A stretch of 64,000 bases of DNA from positions 31,370 to 95,369 of the forward strand of contig JAJYNN010000002.1 of assembly GCA_021786315.1 (NCBI GenBank), read 5' to 3'. Under the pieces are notes generated by a model that did no database searches, had not been told where the DNA came from, and saw only the letters and a list, made by a program, of their open reading frames with translations. Source of the DNA: a bacterium. Lineage in GTDB: Bacteria; Patescibacteriota; Microgenomatia; Daviesbacterales; UBA10151. This document shows positions 56,459 through 64,000 of this stretch, in pieces (the stretch's first letter is position 1; every line of letters begins with the position of its first letter). Position numbers and translations under genes: made by a program.

Positions 56459-57385
56459 ATGGAAGATATGGAAAAAATAGTCATTATCGGTTCAGGGCCG
56501 GCGGGGCTGACCGCCGCCATCTATGCCGCCCGGAGTAATTTAAATCCGCTGGTTATCGCCGGCCGGACTCCCGGTGGCCAATTGACTTTAACTACAGATG
56601 TGGATGATTTTCCCGGGTTTCCCGAAGGTATCCAGGGCCCGGAATTAATGGCGCTTTTCCGGAAACAGGCGGAAAAATTTGGCACCCGGTTTATTGATGA
56701 AGACGTAACGGCGGTGGATTTAAAGGGCGCTCCTTTTAAAATTACCACTGAAACTCAGGAAGTTTCTGCCAAAGCGGTGATTGTGGCCACCGGCGCTTCA
56801 GCCCAATGGCTGGGGCTGCCGTCTGAACAACGGTTAATTGGTAAAGGAGTTTCGGCTTGTGCCACCTGTGACGGGCCTTTTTTCCGGGATAAAAAGATCA
56901 TCATTGTCGGCGGGGGAGATGTGGCGATGCGGGAAGCCCAACACCTCTCCAAATATGCATCCGAGGTGACCGTGGTCAACCGGAGGGATGAATTCCGGGC
57001 CAAACCGGCTTTAGTTGACCTGGTTAAAACTAAAACCAAGGTAAAGTTCCTGATGAATTCAGTAGTGGAGGAAGTTTTAGGGGAGGATAAAGTTACGGGA
57101 GTTAAAATTAAAAATACCCAAACCGGGGAAATTTCCGAGATGGAGATTGACGGGGTATTTGTAGCTATTGGGCATCGTCCAAATACTGAATTTCTAGGCT
57201 CCCATTTACACCTGGATGAAAAAGGTTATTTGGTGGTCAAGGACGAAACCCAAACCTCTGTCCCCGGAGTGTTTGTTGCCGGGGATGTGGCTGATTTTCG
57301 CTACCGACAGGCAATAACTGCGGCAGCGGCTGGATGTAAAGCTGCATTGGATGCGGAAGAATACTTAGAAAAACTTCAAGATTAG
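56459..57385 (+). CDS. trxB: thioredoxin-disulfide reductase
   Basis: FAD GxGxxG (IIGSGPAGLTAA), redox-active CATCDG, NADPH GGGDVAMREA. Confidence 0.92.
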   Translation: MEDMEKIVIIGSGPAGLTAAIYAARSNLNPLVIAGRTPGGQLTLTTDVDDFPGFPEGIQGPELMALFRKQAEKFGTRFIDEDVTAVDLKGAPFKITTETQEVSAKAVIVATGASAQWLGLPSEQRLIGKGVSACATCDGPFFRDKKIIIVGGGDVAMREAQHLSKYASEVTVVNRRDEFRAKPALVDLVKTKTKVKFLMNSVVEEVLGEDKVTGVKIKNTQTGEISEMEIDGVFVAIGHRPNTEFLGSHLHLDEKGYLVVKDETQTSVPGVFVAGDVADFRYRQAITAAAAGCKAALDAEEYLEKLQD

Positions 57386-57425
57386 CTTTCTATTCTGTGT
57401 GCGTTTTAGGGTATAATGTCTCTAT

Positions 57426-57755
57426 ATGGAATCTGCTCAAAATGAAGTAGTTATTACACCAGGACAAGACGATTCCCAACATGCCGCTGGTCTCCAGCAG
57501 GAAGTAGCTGATACTTTATCGGCTATTACCGGCCAAAAAATAGAACCGGAATCAGTGACCCCGGCGATAGACCAAACACCCGTCACCCAAAATAACCTGC
57601 ACGAAGAACCAAAGACCCAAGCTGATTTGCAGGAGATAATTGATGCGGAAAAAGGACGTCCGCGGACAGAAAGCTCGCATAACTTCTTAAAGATTTTATA
57701 CGGCAGGTTAAAGAAACAAAATCCGGGCAATGATATTAAAGTGAAGGAGGGGTAG
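57426..57755 (+). CDS. hypothetical protein
   Basis: 109-aa acidic ORF upstream of the coupling-protein-like ATPase. Confidence 0.3.
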   Translation: MESAQNEVVITPGQDDSQHAAGLQQEVADTLSAITGQKIEPESVTPAIDQTPVTQNNLHEEPKTQADLQEIIDAEKGRPRTESSHNFLKILYGRLKKQNPGNDIKVKEG

Positions 57756-57764
57756 AGTTTTAAA

Positions 57765-60107
57765 ATGGAAGCAAACCAGGTTGCAGCAGGTACTGATTTT
57801 TTTAATTTGTTTCTCCTTATCGGATTGCTGGTTATTCTTCTTTTAGGAGTTGTTTTAGGGCTGTTATATTTTAGCCGGTATTTTATCGCCATGTACCGTG
57901 ACCGGGACCGGGAAAAACGTTCCTTAAAGTCGGTTTTAATCCAGGTTAATGTTCCCCGGGACAACGAGATTAAGATCGATGCCATGGAGCAATTTTTTGC
58001 CTCCCTTTATGCCATCAAAAAAAACCAGGGGTTTATGAACTTAAAGCCTCAGGCCCAGATTTCCTTTGAAATAGTCGCGCTGCATGAATCTATCAGGTTT
58101 TTTATCTGTGTCCATGAATCGTTACGGGATTTGGTGGAAAAACAGATTCACGGAGCGTATCCTGACGCTGAAATTAAGGTTGTTCCGGAATACAATATTT
58201 TCTCGGAATCCGGTCAGACGGCTTATGTTATGTACAAGCTCAAAGGGGCAGACTACATGCCGATTAAAACCTACCGTGATTTGCCGACCGATCCGCTTTC
58301 CGCTTTGACTTCCGCTTTGGCCAAGATGCAGGAGGATGAGGGGGCGGTAGTCCAGATGATAATTTCCCCGGCGGACGGGAAGTGGAAGGACTTTGGAAAA
58401 AAGTGGCTTAAAAAAGAAAAGGATCCGGGAAAACCTGAGGCTCCCAAGGCTCCGCCTGACGCCAAACAACTGGAGGCGGTGGAAAACAAAATTTCCAAAC
58501 AAGGGTTTAATGTGTCTTTAAGGATTGTCACTTCTTCCACTTCCAAAGACAGCGCCAAAGCCCATTTGTCCAATATTAAAGCGGCTTTTGAGCAATTTGA
58601 CGGGCCATACAACAGCTTTTCGGGAATGAAGATCCGTTCCGAAAAAGGGTTCATGACCGATTTTATCTACCGCTATATGCCGATGTTTTCCAAAACTCCG
58701 GTTTTGACCGCCGACGAGCTGGCATCGGTTTACCATTTCCCCAATAAATCAGTGACCACGCCGCACATTTCCTGGCTGCCGGCCCGTTCCGCCCCGGCTT
58801 CAGAAAAAATTCCTACGAGCGGTTTGTACCTTGGGAAATCCGTTTTCCGGGGGACGGAGAGGCCGGTGTTTATTTCCGAGGAGGACCGGGCGCGCCACAT
58901 GTATATCATCGGAAGAACCGGTACCGGAAAAACTACCTTGCTCAAGACCCTGATGCTGCAGGATATTTTATCTGGCAAAGGTTTGTGTTTTATCGACCCC
59001 CACGGCGATGCGGCGGAGGAGCTGCTCTCGCTTATTCCGCCCCACCGGGCCCAGGATGTAATTTATTTTGATCCCGGAGACACCCAAAGGCCGTTCGGGA
59101 TGAATATGCTGGATGCGGAAACTGAGGATGAAAAACACTTTGTGGTGGCCAACATCTTAGGACTTATGTATAAGCTGTTTGACCCCAACAAGACCGGTAT
59201 TATTGGGCCGCGGTTTGAGCACGGTGTCCGCAACGCCATGTTGACTGTCATGTCGGTGCCGGGCAATACCTTTGTGGAAGTCATGCGGATTATGCAGGAT
59301 CCGGAGTTTGTCCGTGAGCTTTTGCCGCACGTGAACGATCCAATTGTTAAACGCTACTGGACCGACCAGATTGCCCACACCCAGGATTTCCATAAATCCG
59401 AGGTTTTGGATTACACCGTTTCCAAATTCGGCCGCTTTGTCACTAACCGGATGATGAGAAATATCATCGGCCAGTCAAAGTCTTCCTTTAACCTCCGCCA
59501 GATTATGGACGAGGGGAAAATTTTGATCGTCAACCTTTCCAAGGGAAAGATGGGGGAGGAGAACTCCAACTTCCTGGGATTAATTTTAGTGCCGAAGATC
59601 TTAGCCGCCGCCATGTCCCGGGCCAATATGCCGGAAGAGCAGCGCCGGCCGTTCTACCTTTACGTTGATGAGTTTCAAAACTTTGCCACCGATACCTTTG
59701 CCACTATTCTTTCTGAGGCCAGAAAATACCGCCTGAACTTAACGGTAGCCAACCAATTTATCGGCCAGATGCCGGAGGATATTAAATCCGCCATTTTCGG
59801 TAACGTTGGTACCACCATTGCTTACCGGGTGGGTGTGCCCGATGCCCAGTTCCTCCAGCATGAGTTTTCTCCGGTGTTTACTGAACAGGATCTGGTCAAT
59901 ATTGAGGCTTGGCATGTTTACATCAAGACCCAGGTAAAAGGTGAACCAATTCCGCCTTTTTCAATGTTTGTGAAACCTAACTTTGATGCCTGGAATGCCT
60001 TAAAACGGCCGGATATAGCCCAAGCCATTAAGGAGCTTTCCCGGCTCACTTATGGGCGGGATGTAGCGGAAGTGGAAGCAGAGATCAACCAAAGAGCCAA
60101 ACTTTAA
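57765..60107 (+). CDS. VirD4/TraG/TraD-like (FtsK-HerA superfamily) ATPase with N-terminal TM anchor, candidate T4SS coupling protein
   Basis: N-terminal TM helix; Walker A IIGRTGTGKTTLL, FIDPHGD, Walker B YLYVDEFQNF, TVANQFIGQM block. Confidence 0.55.
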   Translation: MEANQVAAGTDFFNLFLLIGLLVILLLGVVLGLLYFSRYFIAMYRDRDREKRSLKSVLIQVNVPRDNEIKIDAMEQFFASLYAIKKNQGFMNLKPQAQISFEIVALHESIRFFICVHESLRDLVEKQIHGAYPDAEIKVVPEYNIFSESGQTAYVMYKLKGADYMPIKTYRDLPTDPLSALTSALAKMQEDEGAVVQMIISPADGKWKDFGKKWLKKEKDPGKPEAPKAPPDAKQLEAVENKISKQGFNVSLRIVTSSTSKDSAKAHLSNIKAAFEQFDGPYNSFSGMKIRSEKGFMTDFIYRYMPMFSKTPVLTADELASVYHFPNKSVTTPHISWLPARSAPASEKIPTSGLYLGKSVFRGTERPVFISEEDRARHMYIIGRTGTGKTTLLKTLMLQDILSGKGLCFIDPHGDAAEELLSLIPPHRAQDVIYFDPGDTQRPFGMNMLDAETEDEKHFVVANILGLMYKLFDPNKTGIIGPRFEHGVRNAMLTVMSVPGNTFVEVMRIMQDPEFVRELLPHVNDPIVKRYWTDQIAHTQDFHKSEVLDYTVSKFGRFVTNRMMRNIIGQSKSSFNLRQIMDEGKILIVNLSKGKMGEENSNFLGLILVPKILAAAMSRANMPEEQRRPFYLYVDEFQNFATDTFATILSEARKYRLNLTVANQFIGQMPEDIKSAIFGNVGTTIAYRVGVPDAQFLQHEFSPVFTEQDLVNIEAWHVYIKTQVKGEPIPPFSMFVKPNFDAWNALKRPDIAQAIKELSRLTYGRDVAEVEAEINQRAKL

Positions 60108-61360
60108 GCAGCTTTTGGGTTGGAAGGCTTACGCTGTTCCTCCTGTAATCTTAATACAACCTTTTTCCAATTAGGAAGCGGCTCGTTTATTAGTAAGTTG
60201 AGGGTTTGTTGCCGGGATATCCCCATCATTTTTAGAATCCCCAAAGCATTAAAGCTGTTCTCTAGTATCTCTTGTTGATACTCGGTGACAAAAACTTTTT
60301 CTATATTTTGTTCGATTAGGGGACGGAGCGGTTCTCCTAATTTTTCAACAAAACGGTTAGTAATCATTTTTCTCCACTCTTGGCTGAAATAATCATACAA
60401 ACCTCCTTCCTCTTTGGGCTGTTTGAGATAATATCTAATTGTGGGTATTTCCCGCCCGTCTTTCCAGTAGGCCAAGATTTCATCTTTAGCTCGTCTTTCT
60501 CCTATTGCTCTTCCTGAAACAAGAGCTTGGTGAATAAGGGCTTGCTGCTCCTGCTCATTTTTGTCCTGCAGATCCATTTTTAATACCTTCAGTGCAAGCT
60601 CAGAGATAAAAAGATTAACTTGAATATTTTCCTTAACAAAAGAAGGGGCCTTCTGGCCATTCTCGAAGAGTTGAGCGCTATATTTTTTGTAGGAATCTTC
60701 AAATAATGCCATAACGGCGTGCTGCTCTTCGTGGGTTAAGATCTGTTTGCCCTGAGTATTAAAATCCCGTCCGTGGGCGTTTTCCAAAATAATGCTGTGT
60801 TCCAATCCTTTTATTTCCGGGTATTGAATAAACACCCCTCCAGATTTGTTGGCAGCTGCAACATCTGGTTGGCCTGATTCTTTATCCCTGAAATTGCCTC
60901 CGTACACATACGCGTAGTCTTCCGGGTTATTACAGCGAAAATATAAAGTAATTGGGCCGACTATAACTTCTACTTTGCCTTTTGGTTGATGTCCAAAAAG
61001 AAATCCAAAGAGTTCGTGGTCGTTGGGGTGTGCTGCCCTTATTTGTTTAACCTGTTGATGTCTATGCAGGTAGAGATCAATTCCGCTTTGGATTAAGTCT
61101 TTTTGTGTGGGGGTTAAATTCTCCTGTCCAGGGATCTTTTGGAAATAATCCATAAATTGTTCTTTAGTTAAGTCGGGATAATATCTGGCATAGTGTGCTA
61201 GGAACTGGAGGGTATTGCTGAGATCCTTTTTATTGGCAGCTAACTGTTCTTTAAACTCTTGAAGTTTTTGTGGTCTTTCTTTGGTAGGATATTTGAGAAT
61301 CTCTTTAGGGTTAAGGGAGCTGGGGGAGGTAGGAACCTCTGTTGTTTCTTGAGAGTCCAT
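60104..61360 (-). CDS. hypothetical protein with HExxH motif
   Basis: 418 aa; LTHEEQHAV is the only motif; convergent with the ATPase gene. Confidence 0.3.
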   Translation of the reverse strand: MDSQETTEVPTSPSSLNPKEILKYPTKERPQKLQEFKEQLAANKKDLSNTLQFLAHYARYYPDLTKEQFMDYFQKIPGQENLTPTQKDLIQSGIDLYLHRHQQVKQIRAAHPNDHELFGFLFGHQPKGKVEVIVGPITLYFRCNNPEDYAYVYGGNFRDKESGQPDVAAANKSGGVFIQYPEIKGLEHSIILENAHGRDFNTQGKQILTHEEQHAVMALFEDSYKKYSAQLFENGQKAPSFVKENIQVNLFISELALKVLKMDLQDKNEQEQQALIHQALVSGRAIGERRAKDEILAYWKDGREIPTIRYYLKQPKEEGGLYDYFSQEWRKMITNRFVEKLGEPLRPLIEQNIEKVFVTEYQQEILENSFNALGILKMMGISRQQTLNLLINEPLPNWKKVVLRLQEEQRKPSNPKAA

Positions 61361-61426
61361 AAAAACAGTATATCAGATGGTAAGCAGGCTCTAGCTTTGA
61401 TATAATTTGGCAGTTAGCGCGGATAG

Positions 61427-61489
61427 CTCAACGGTAAGCAAAGCTTGCGACCTTTGGTCTTAGAGCGATTGTCTTGCAATTTAAAATTT
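61427..61489 (+). pseudogene. tRNA 5'-fragment (acceptor 5' strand, D-arm, partial anticodon arm; no T-arm)
   Basis: GCGCGGATAGCTCAACGGTAAGC... then TTAGAGCGATTGTCTTGCAA resembling the D/anticodon region of the next tRNA. Confidence 0.4.
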
Positions 61490-61564
61490 GGAGCTGTAGC
61501 TCAATGGTAGAGCGAATGTCTTATACACATTTGGTTCCTGGTTCGAGTCCAGGCAGCTCCACCA
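61490..61564 (+). tRNA. tRNA-Ile(TAT) (anticodon UAU)
   Basis: Acceptor GGAGCTG/CAGCTCC, D-arm GCTC-AATGGTA-GAGC, anticodon stem AATGT/ACATT with loop CTTATAC, T-arm CCTGG-TTCGAGT-CCAGG, encoded CCA. Confidence 0.7.
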
Positions 61565-61584
61565 AATTTTAAATTGAGAATGTA

Positions 61585-61660
61585 ACAATTGGTTCCAGGT
61601 TCGTTCATAACAAGGTTATGCTTACTTGTTAAGGTCCAGGCAGCTCTACTAAATTAAAGT
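61585..61660 (+). repeat. partial duplicate of the tRNA-Ile 3' half with a ~31-nt insertion in the T-loop
   Basis: TGGTTCCAGGTTCG-[TTCATAACAAGGTTATGCTTACTTGTTAAGG]-TCCAGGCAGCTCTAC parallels TGGTTCCTGGTTCGAGTCCAGGCAGCTCCACCA. Confidence 0.55.
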
Positions 61661-61699
61661 TCTTCGAGTTTGATCTTGCTGCGAAGCAGAAGATTAAGT

Positions 61700-62566
61700 T
61701 TATAATTCTTCTAACTTGATCTTATCCTCGGAAGTTCGGGAGGGGACAAAGGCTAAATATCTTTCCGTAGTGGAAACCCGTTTGTGACCGGCAAGCTTGG
61801 AAACAATAGAGAGCGTTAACCCGGACTCCAGTTGGTGTACCACCCAGGTATGTCTTAAATCATTAACTTTAGCCCCTTTGATTCCGGCCAACCTAAAGTA
61901 CCTGTCGATGGCAGTCCTGATGTTTCTGACAAGCAGGGGACGGCCGGTTTTGGTGACAAATAAGGCTTTGCTTTGGGTCTTGGGTCTGATTTCGAGGTAT
62001 CTTTTTACAGCCTCAATAGCAGATTTAGTTAAAGGCACAGTTCTTTCTATAGAACCTTCTTCGGGACGGATATAGATGTGGGGGTTTTCTCCCTCAAGAC
62101 GGACATCTTCTACAGTGAGCTTGGCTAATTCACCGATTCTGATACCGGTTTGAAGAAGTAATTCGATAACAGCTGACATCCGGATATCGCCCCGGGCAGC
62201 GTCCCTTAAAGCCCGGTATTCCAGCTTAGAGAGCATCCTGGGAGGCTTGTTTTCAAACGTGGGGTGCTCCAGACCAACAGCCGGATCGGATTCAATAATA
62301 TTGGAGGTTTTTAAGAACTTAAAGAAGGTTTTGGTGGAGTTGGTTTTACGGGAAACAGATTTTGGGGTATAGTTTTCTTTGCCAAGTTTACGCATGAAAT
62401 CCCGTAAATCTTCGGTAGTGACTTGTGAGGGGTCTTCAATACCCTTAGAATTAAGGAAGTCTACCAGCTGCTCAATATCCTTACCGTACGCAAGGATAGT
62501 CGCAGAGGAGCGGCTTCGGCCTTTAAGATGCCCGATAAATTGTTGTCTGGCGTCTGATAATTTCAT
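61700..62566 (-). CDS. tyrosine recombinase (XerC/XerD-like; phage-integrase family)
   Basis: N-terminal SAM-like domain; catalytic R...HxxR...Y (LLQTGIRIGELAKL, LRHTWVVHQL, HKRVSTTERY). Confidence 0.8.
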   Translation of the reverse strand: MKLSDARQQFIGHLKGRSRSSATILAYGKDIEQLVDFLNSKGIEDPSQVTTEDLRDFMRKLGKENYTPKSVSRKTNSTKTFFKFLKTSNIIESDPAVGLEHPTFENKPPRMLSKLEYRALRDAARGDIRMSAVIELLLQTGIRIGELAKLTVEDVRLEGENPHIYIRPEEGSIERTVPLTKSAIEAVKRYLEIRPKTQSKALFVTKTGRPLLVRNIRTAIDRYFRLAGIKGAKVNDLRHTWVVHQLESGLTLSIVSKLAGHKRVSTTERYLAFVPSRTSEDKIKLEEL

Positions 62567-62576
62567 AAAGAATTAT

Positions 62577-62623
62577 GAAATTACAGGATCGTTCCAACGT
62601 AGTTGGAAGGTAGCCCTATAAAT
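62577..62623 (+). promoter_or_regulatory. conserved intergenic motif family A (copy 2) upstream of ftsB
   Basis: GAAATTACAGGATCG-TTCCAACGTAGTTGGAA-GGTAGCCCTATAAAT. Confidence 0.55.
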
Positions 62624-62677
62624 TCATAACAATGTAGTAATTTTAGCATACTACAGGATAGTTGTAAAGAGAAACTT

Positions 62678-63031
62678 ATGGGTAAGAAAATAATCTATTT
62701 TATAGCTATAGCCGCAGTTTTATTTTTGTTCTATAGTTTATCTCAACAAGTTTACCAATCACTGCGGGCAGGAAACCGTTTGGATTCAGAAGTTGAGACG
62801 CTGGCAGCTTTACAAAAGAAGAACTCTGAGCTCAAAAAGCAGCTTTTGGAAGTGGACAGCCTGCAATTTATTGAAAAAGAGGCCCGGGATAAGCTCAATC
62901 TTTCCCGGCCGGGTGAGACAATAGTGGTTATCCCTGAGGCTAACATCCAGAAAGTTTTAGACAGTTGGCAGGAGAAGAAGGTGGAAATAATTCCCAACTG
63001 GCAAGGTTGGTTGAGATTGTTTTCCAAATAA
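62678..63031 (+). CDS. ftsB: FtsB/DivIC-like septum formation initiator
   Basis: N-terminal TM helix then coiled-coil (LQKKNSELKKQLLEV...EKEARDKLNLSRPGE). Confidence 0.7.
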   Translation: MGKKIIYFIAIAAVLFLFYSLSQQVYQSLRAGNRLDSEVETLAALQKKNSELKKQLLEVDSLQFIEKEARDKLNLSRPGETIVVIPEANIQKVLDSWQEKKVEIIPNWQGWLRLFSK

Positions 63032-63035
63032 AAAG

Positions 63036-63060
63036 CCCCCTAGGGGCTTAACTTTTGTTG
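63036..63060 (+). terminator. Rho-independent terminator downstream of ftsB
   Basis: AAAAGCCCCCTAGGGGCTT hairpin followed by a T-run. Confidence 0.6.
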
Positions 63061-63216
63061 CGGGGGTTGGATTAAGTCTACTTTGACTTACGTCAAAGAT
63101 CTTGTAATCTCGCTTCGCTCGATTATCGAACCTGCTTAGAACTGTGTTCTGCGCATAGCTCTCCCAATACCCCCATATAACCGAAAAAGCCCCTCACAAA
63201 GAGGGACTTTTTCAAT

Positions 63217-63291
63217 TGGTTGCGGGGGTTGGATTCGAACCAACGACCTCGAGATTATGAGCCTCGCGAGCTGCCACTGCTCTACCCCGCG
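63217..63291 (-). tRNA. tRNA-Met(CAT) with C1-A72 mismatch
   Basis: Reverse-complement: CGCGGGG-TA-GAGC-AGTGGCA-GCTC, anticodon loop CTCATAA, T-arm GTTGG-TTCGAAT-CCAAC, CCCCGCA-A-CCA; terminator-like hairpin at ~63182-63210. Confidence 0.8.
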
Positions 63292-63350
63292 TTGTATAAC
63301 CAAGGTATTATACAACTTTGAGATCTTCATGCAAAGCTTGAGCTGATATA

Positions 63351-63872
63351 ATGGCCTTAATGGACAAGTATCCTGAAAAAAGTTGGATTAACCCTAAGTT
63401 AGAGGTTAGAGAAACTAAAATAGGGAAGGGAATGTTTACTAAGGAGCCTCTTAAAGAAGGTGAGGTCGTAGTAATTTGGGGTGGTGATGCTATTAATACA
63501 GAGGGTGCAAAACTAGCTGAGGAAGCTGGAAAGCTAGTTTTGCAATGGGATGACGATGTATTCTCCGTTGAGGACAGGGGAGATGACCCTAGTTATTATA
63601 TTAACCATTCTTGTGATCCTAATTTGTGGATGGAGGGTGTATCAACCTTAGTTACAAGAAAAGATATTAAAGCAGGAGAAGAATTAACTGCAGATTATGC
63701 TCTTTGGGAGGCGGATGAAAATTATGTTTCTAAGTGGGAATGTCATTGCGGATCACCTTTTTGCAGGCATAAAATAACAGGTCAAGATTGGAGGTTTCCA
63801 GAGCTTCAGCAAAGATATAGAAATCACTTTTCAAAGTTAATAAATAAAAGAATATCTCAACTAGATTCTTAA
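63351..63872 (+). CDS. SET-domain protein-lysine methyltransferase-like protein
   Basis: NHSCDPN and GEELTADY SET signatures; post-SET Cys cluster CHCGSPFCRHK. Confidence 0.75.
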   Translation: MALMDKYPEKSWINPKLEVRETKIGKGMFTKEPLKEGEVVVIWGGDAINTEGAKLAEEAGKLVLQWDDDVFSVEDRGDDPSYYINHSCDPNLWMEGVSTLVTRKDIKAGEELTADYALWEADENYVSKWECHCGSPFCRHKITGQDWRFPELQQRYRNHFSKLINKRISQLDS

Positions 63873-63913
63873 AGTTTGTTCAGGAGGTATAAATTTGGTA
63901 GAATTGATCCTGC

Positions 63914-63986
63914 GGCAGGGTAGCTCAGTGGTTAGAGCACAGCATTCATAACGCTGCGGTCGTGGGTTCGATCCCCACCCCTGCTA
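63914..63986 (+). tRNA. tRNA with CAT anticodon (Met or Ile2/lysidine type)
   Basis: GGCAGGG-TA-GCTC-AGTGGTTA-GAGC, anticodon loop TTCATAA, T-arm GTGGG-TTCGATC-CCCAC; G1-U72 and A31-C39 irregularities. Confidence 0.65.
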
Positions 63987-64000
63987 CAAAACAAAACGCT

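Noticed and set aside
61700-62566. Calling the recombinase a phage integrase marking a prophage
   Set aside because: Sequence is most similar to the housekeeping XerC/XerD pattern, and flanking genes (ftsB) are core; no phage structural genes in the window.
63136-63330. 64-aa minus-strand ORF
   Set aside because: Overlaps tRNA-Met and its terminator hairpin.

Overview
This window reads as a small-genome Patescibacteria/CPR-like chromosomal segment spanning the replication origin. The origin context is rpmH-rnpA-yidD-yidC-jag on the minus strand, then dnaA, a cluster of DnaA boxes, and dnaN. Surrounding housekeeping genes include groES/groEL, tsaD, valS, rplY, rnhA, smpB with tmRNA, comFC, dnaG, rpoD and trxB, plus at least 10 tRNA genes. 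The most notable feature is a ~20 kb locus (about 24.7-44.8 kb) lying directly downstream of dnaN. It looks like a Gram-positive-style type IV secretion or conjugative-pilus apparatus. It has a VirB4 ATPase apparently split into two ORFs, a PrgI/VirB3-like protein fused to a CarboxypepD_reg-like domain, and a large polytopic VirB6/TrbL-like protein. It also has a tandem array of five paralogous small pilin-like genes, plus a large secreted protein that carries the same pilin motif at its C-terminus. Two cell-wall hydrolases (CHAP-type and SpoIID-like), two Big_5-like secreted proteins, bPH_2 membrane proteins and an 812-aa orphan protein complete the locus. No relaxase is present. A VirD4/TraG-like coupling ATPase lies 13 kb away, near a tRNA-Ile(UAU) gene with flanking tRNA-fragment repeats and a Xer-like tyrosine recombinase. 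The window also carries several families of short conserved intergenic motifs. One has a covarying hairpin between conserved flanks. One is an 8-nt periodic TCGGAA-type repeat that also sits in-frame inside tsaD. One is a 27-nt palindrome. There are also multiple partial duplications of tRNA 3' ends. Function calls rest on motif-level reading of the translated ORFs; hand-derived coordinates may be off by 1-2 nt.
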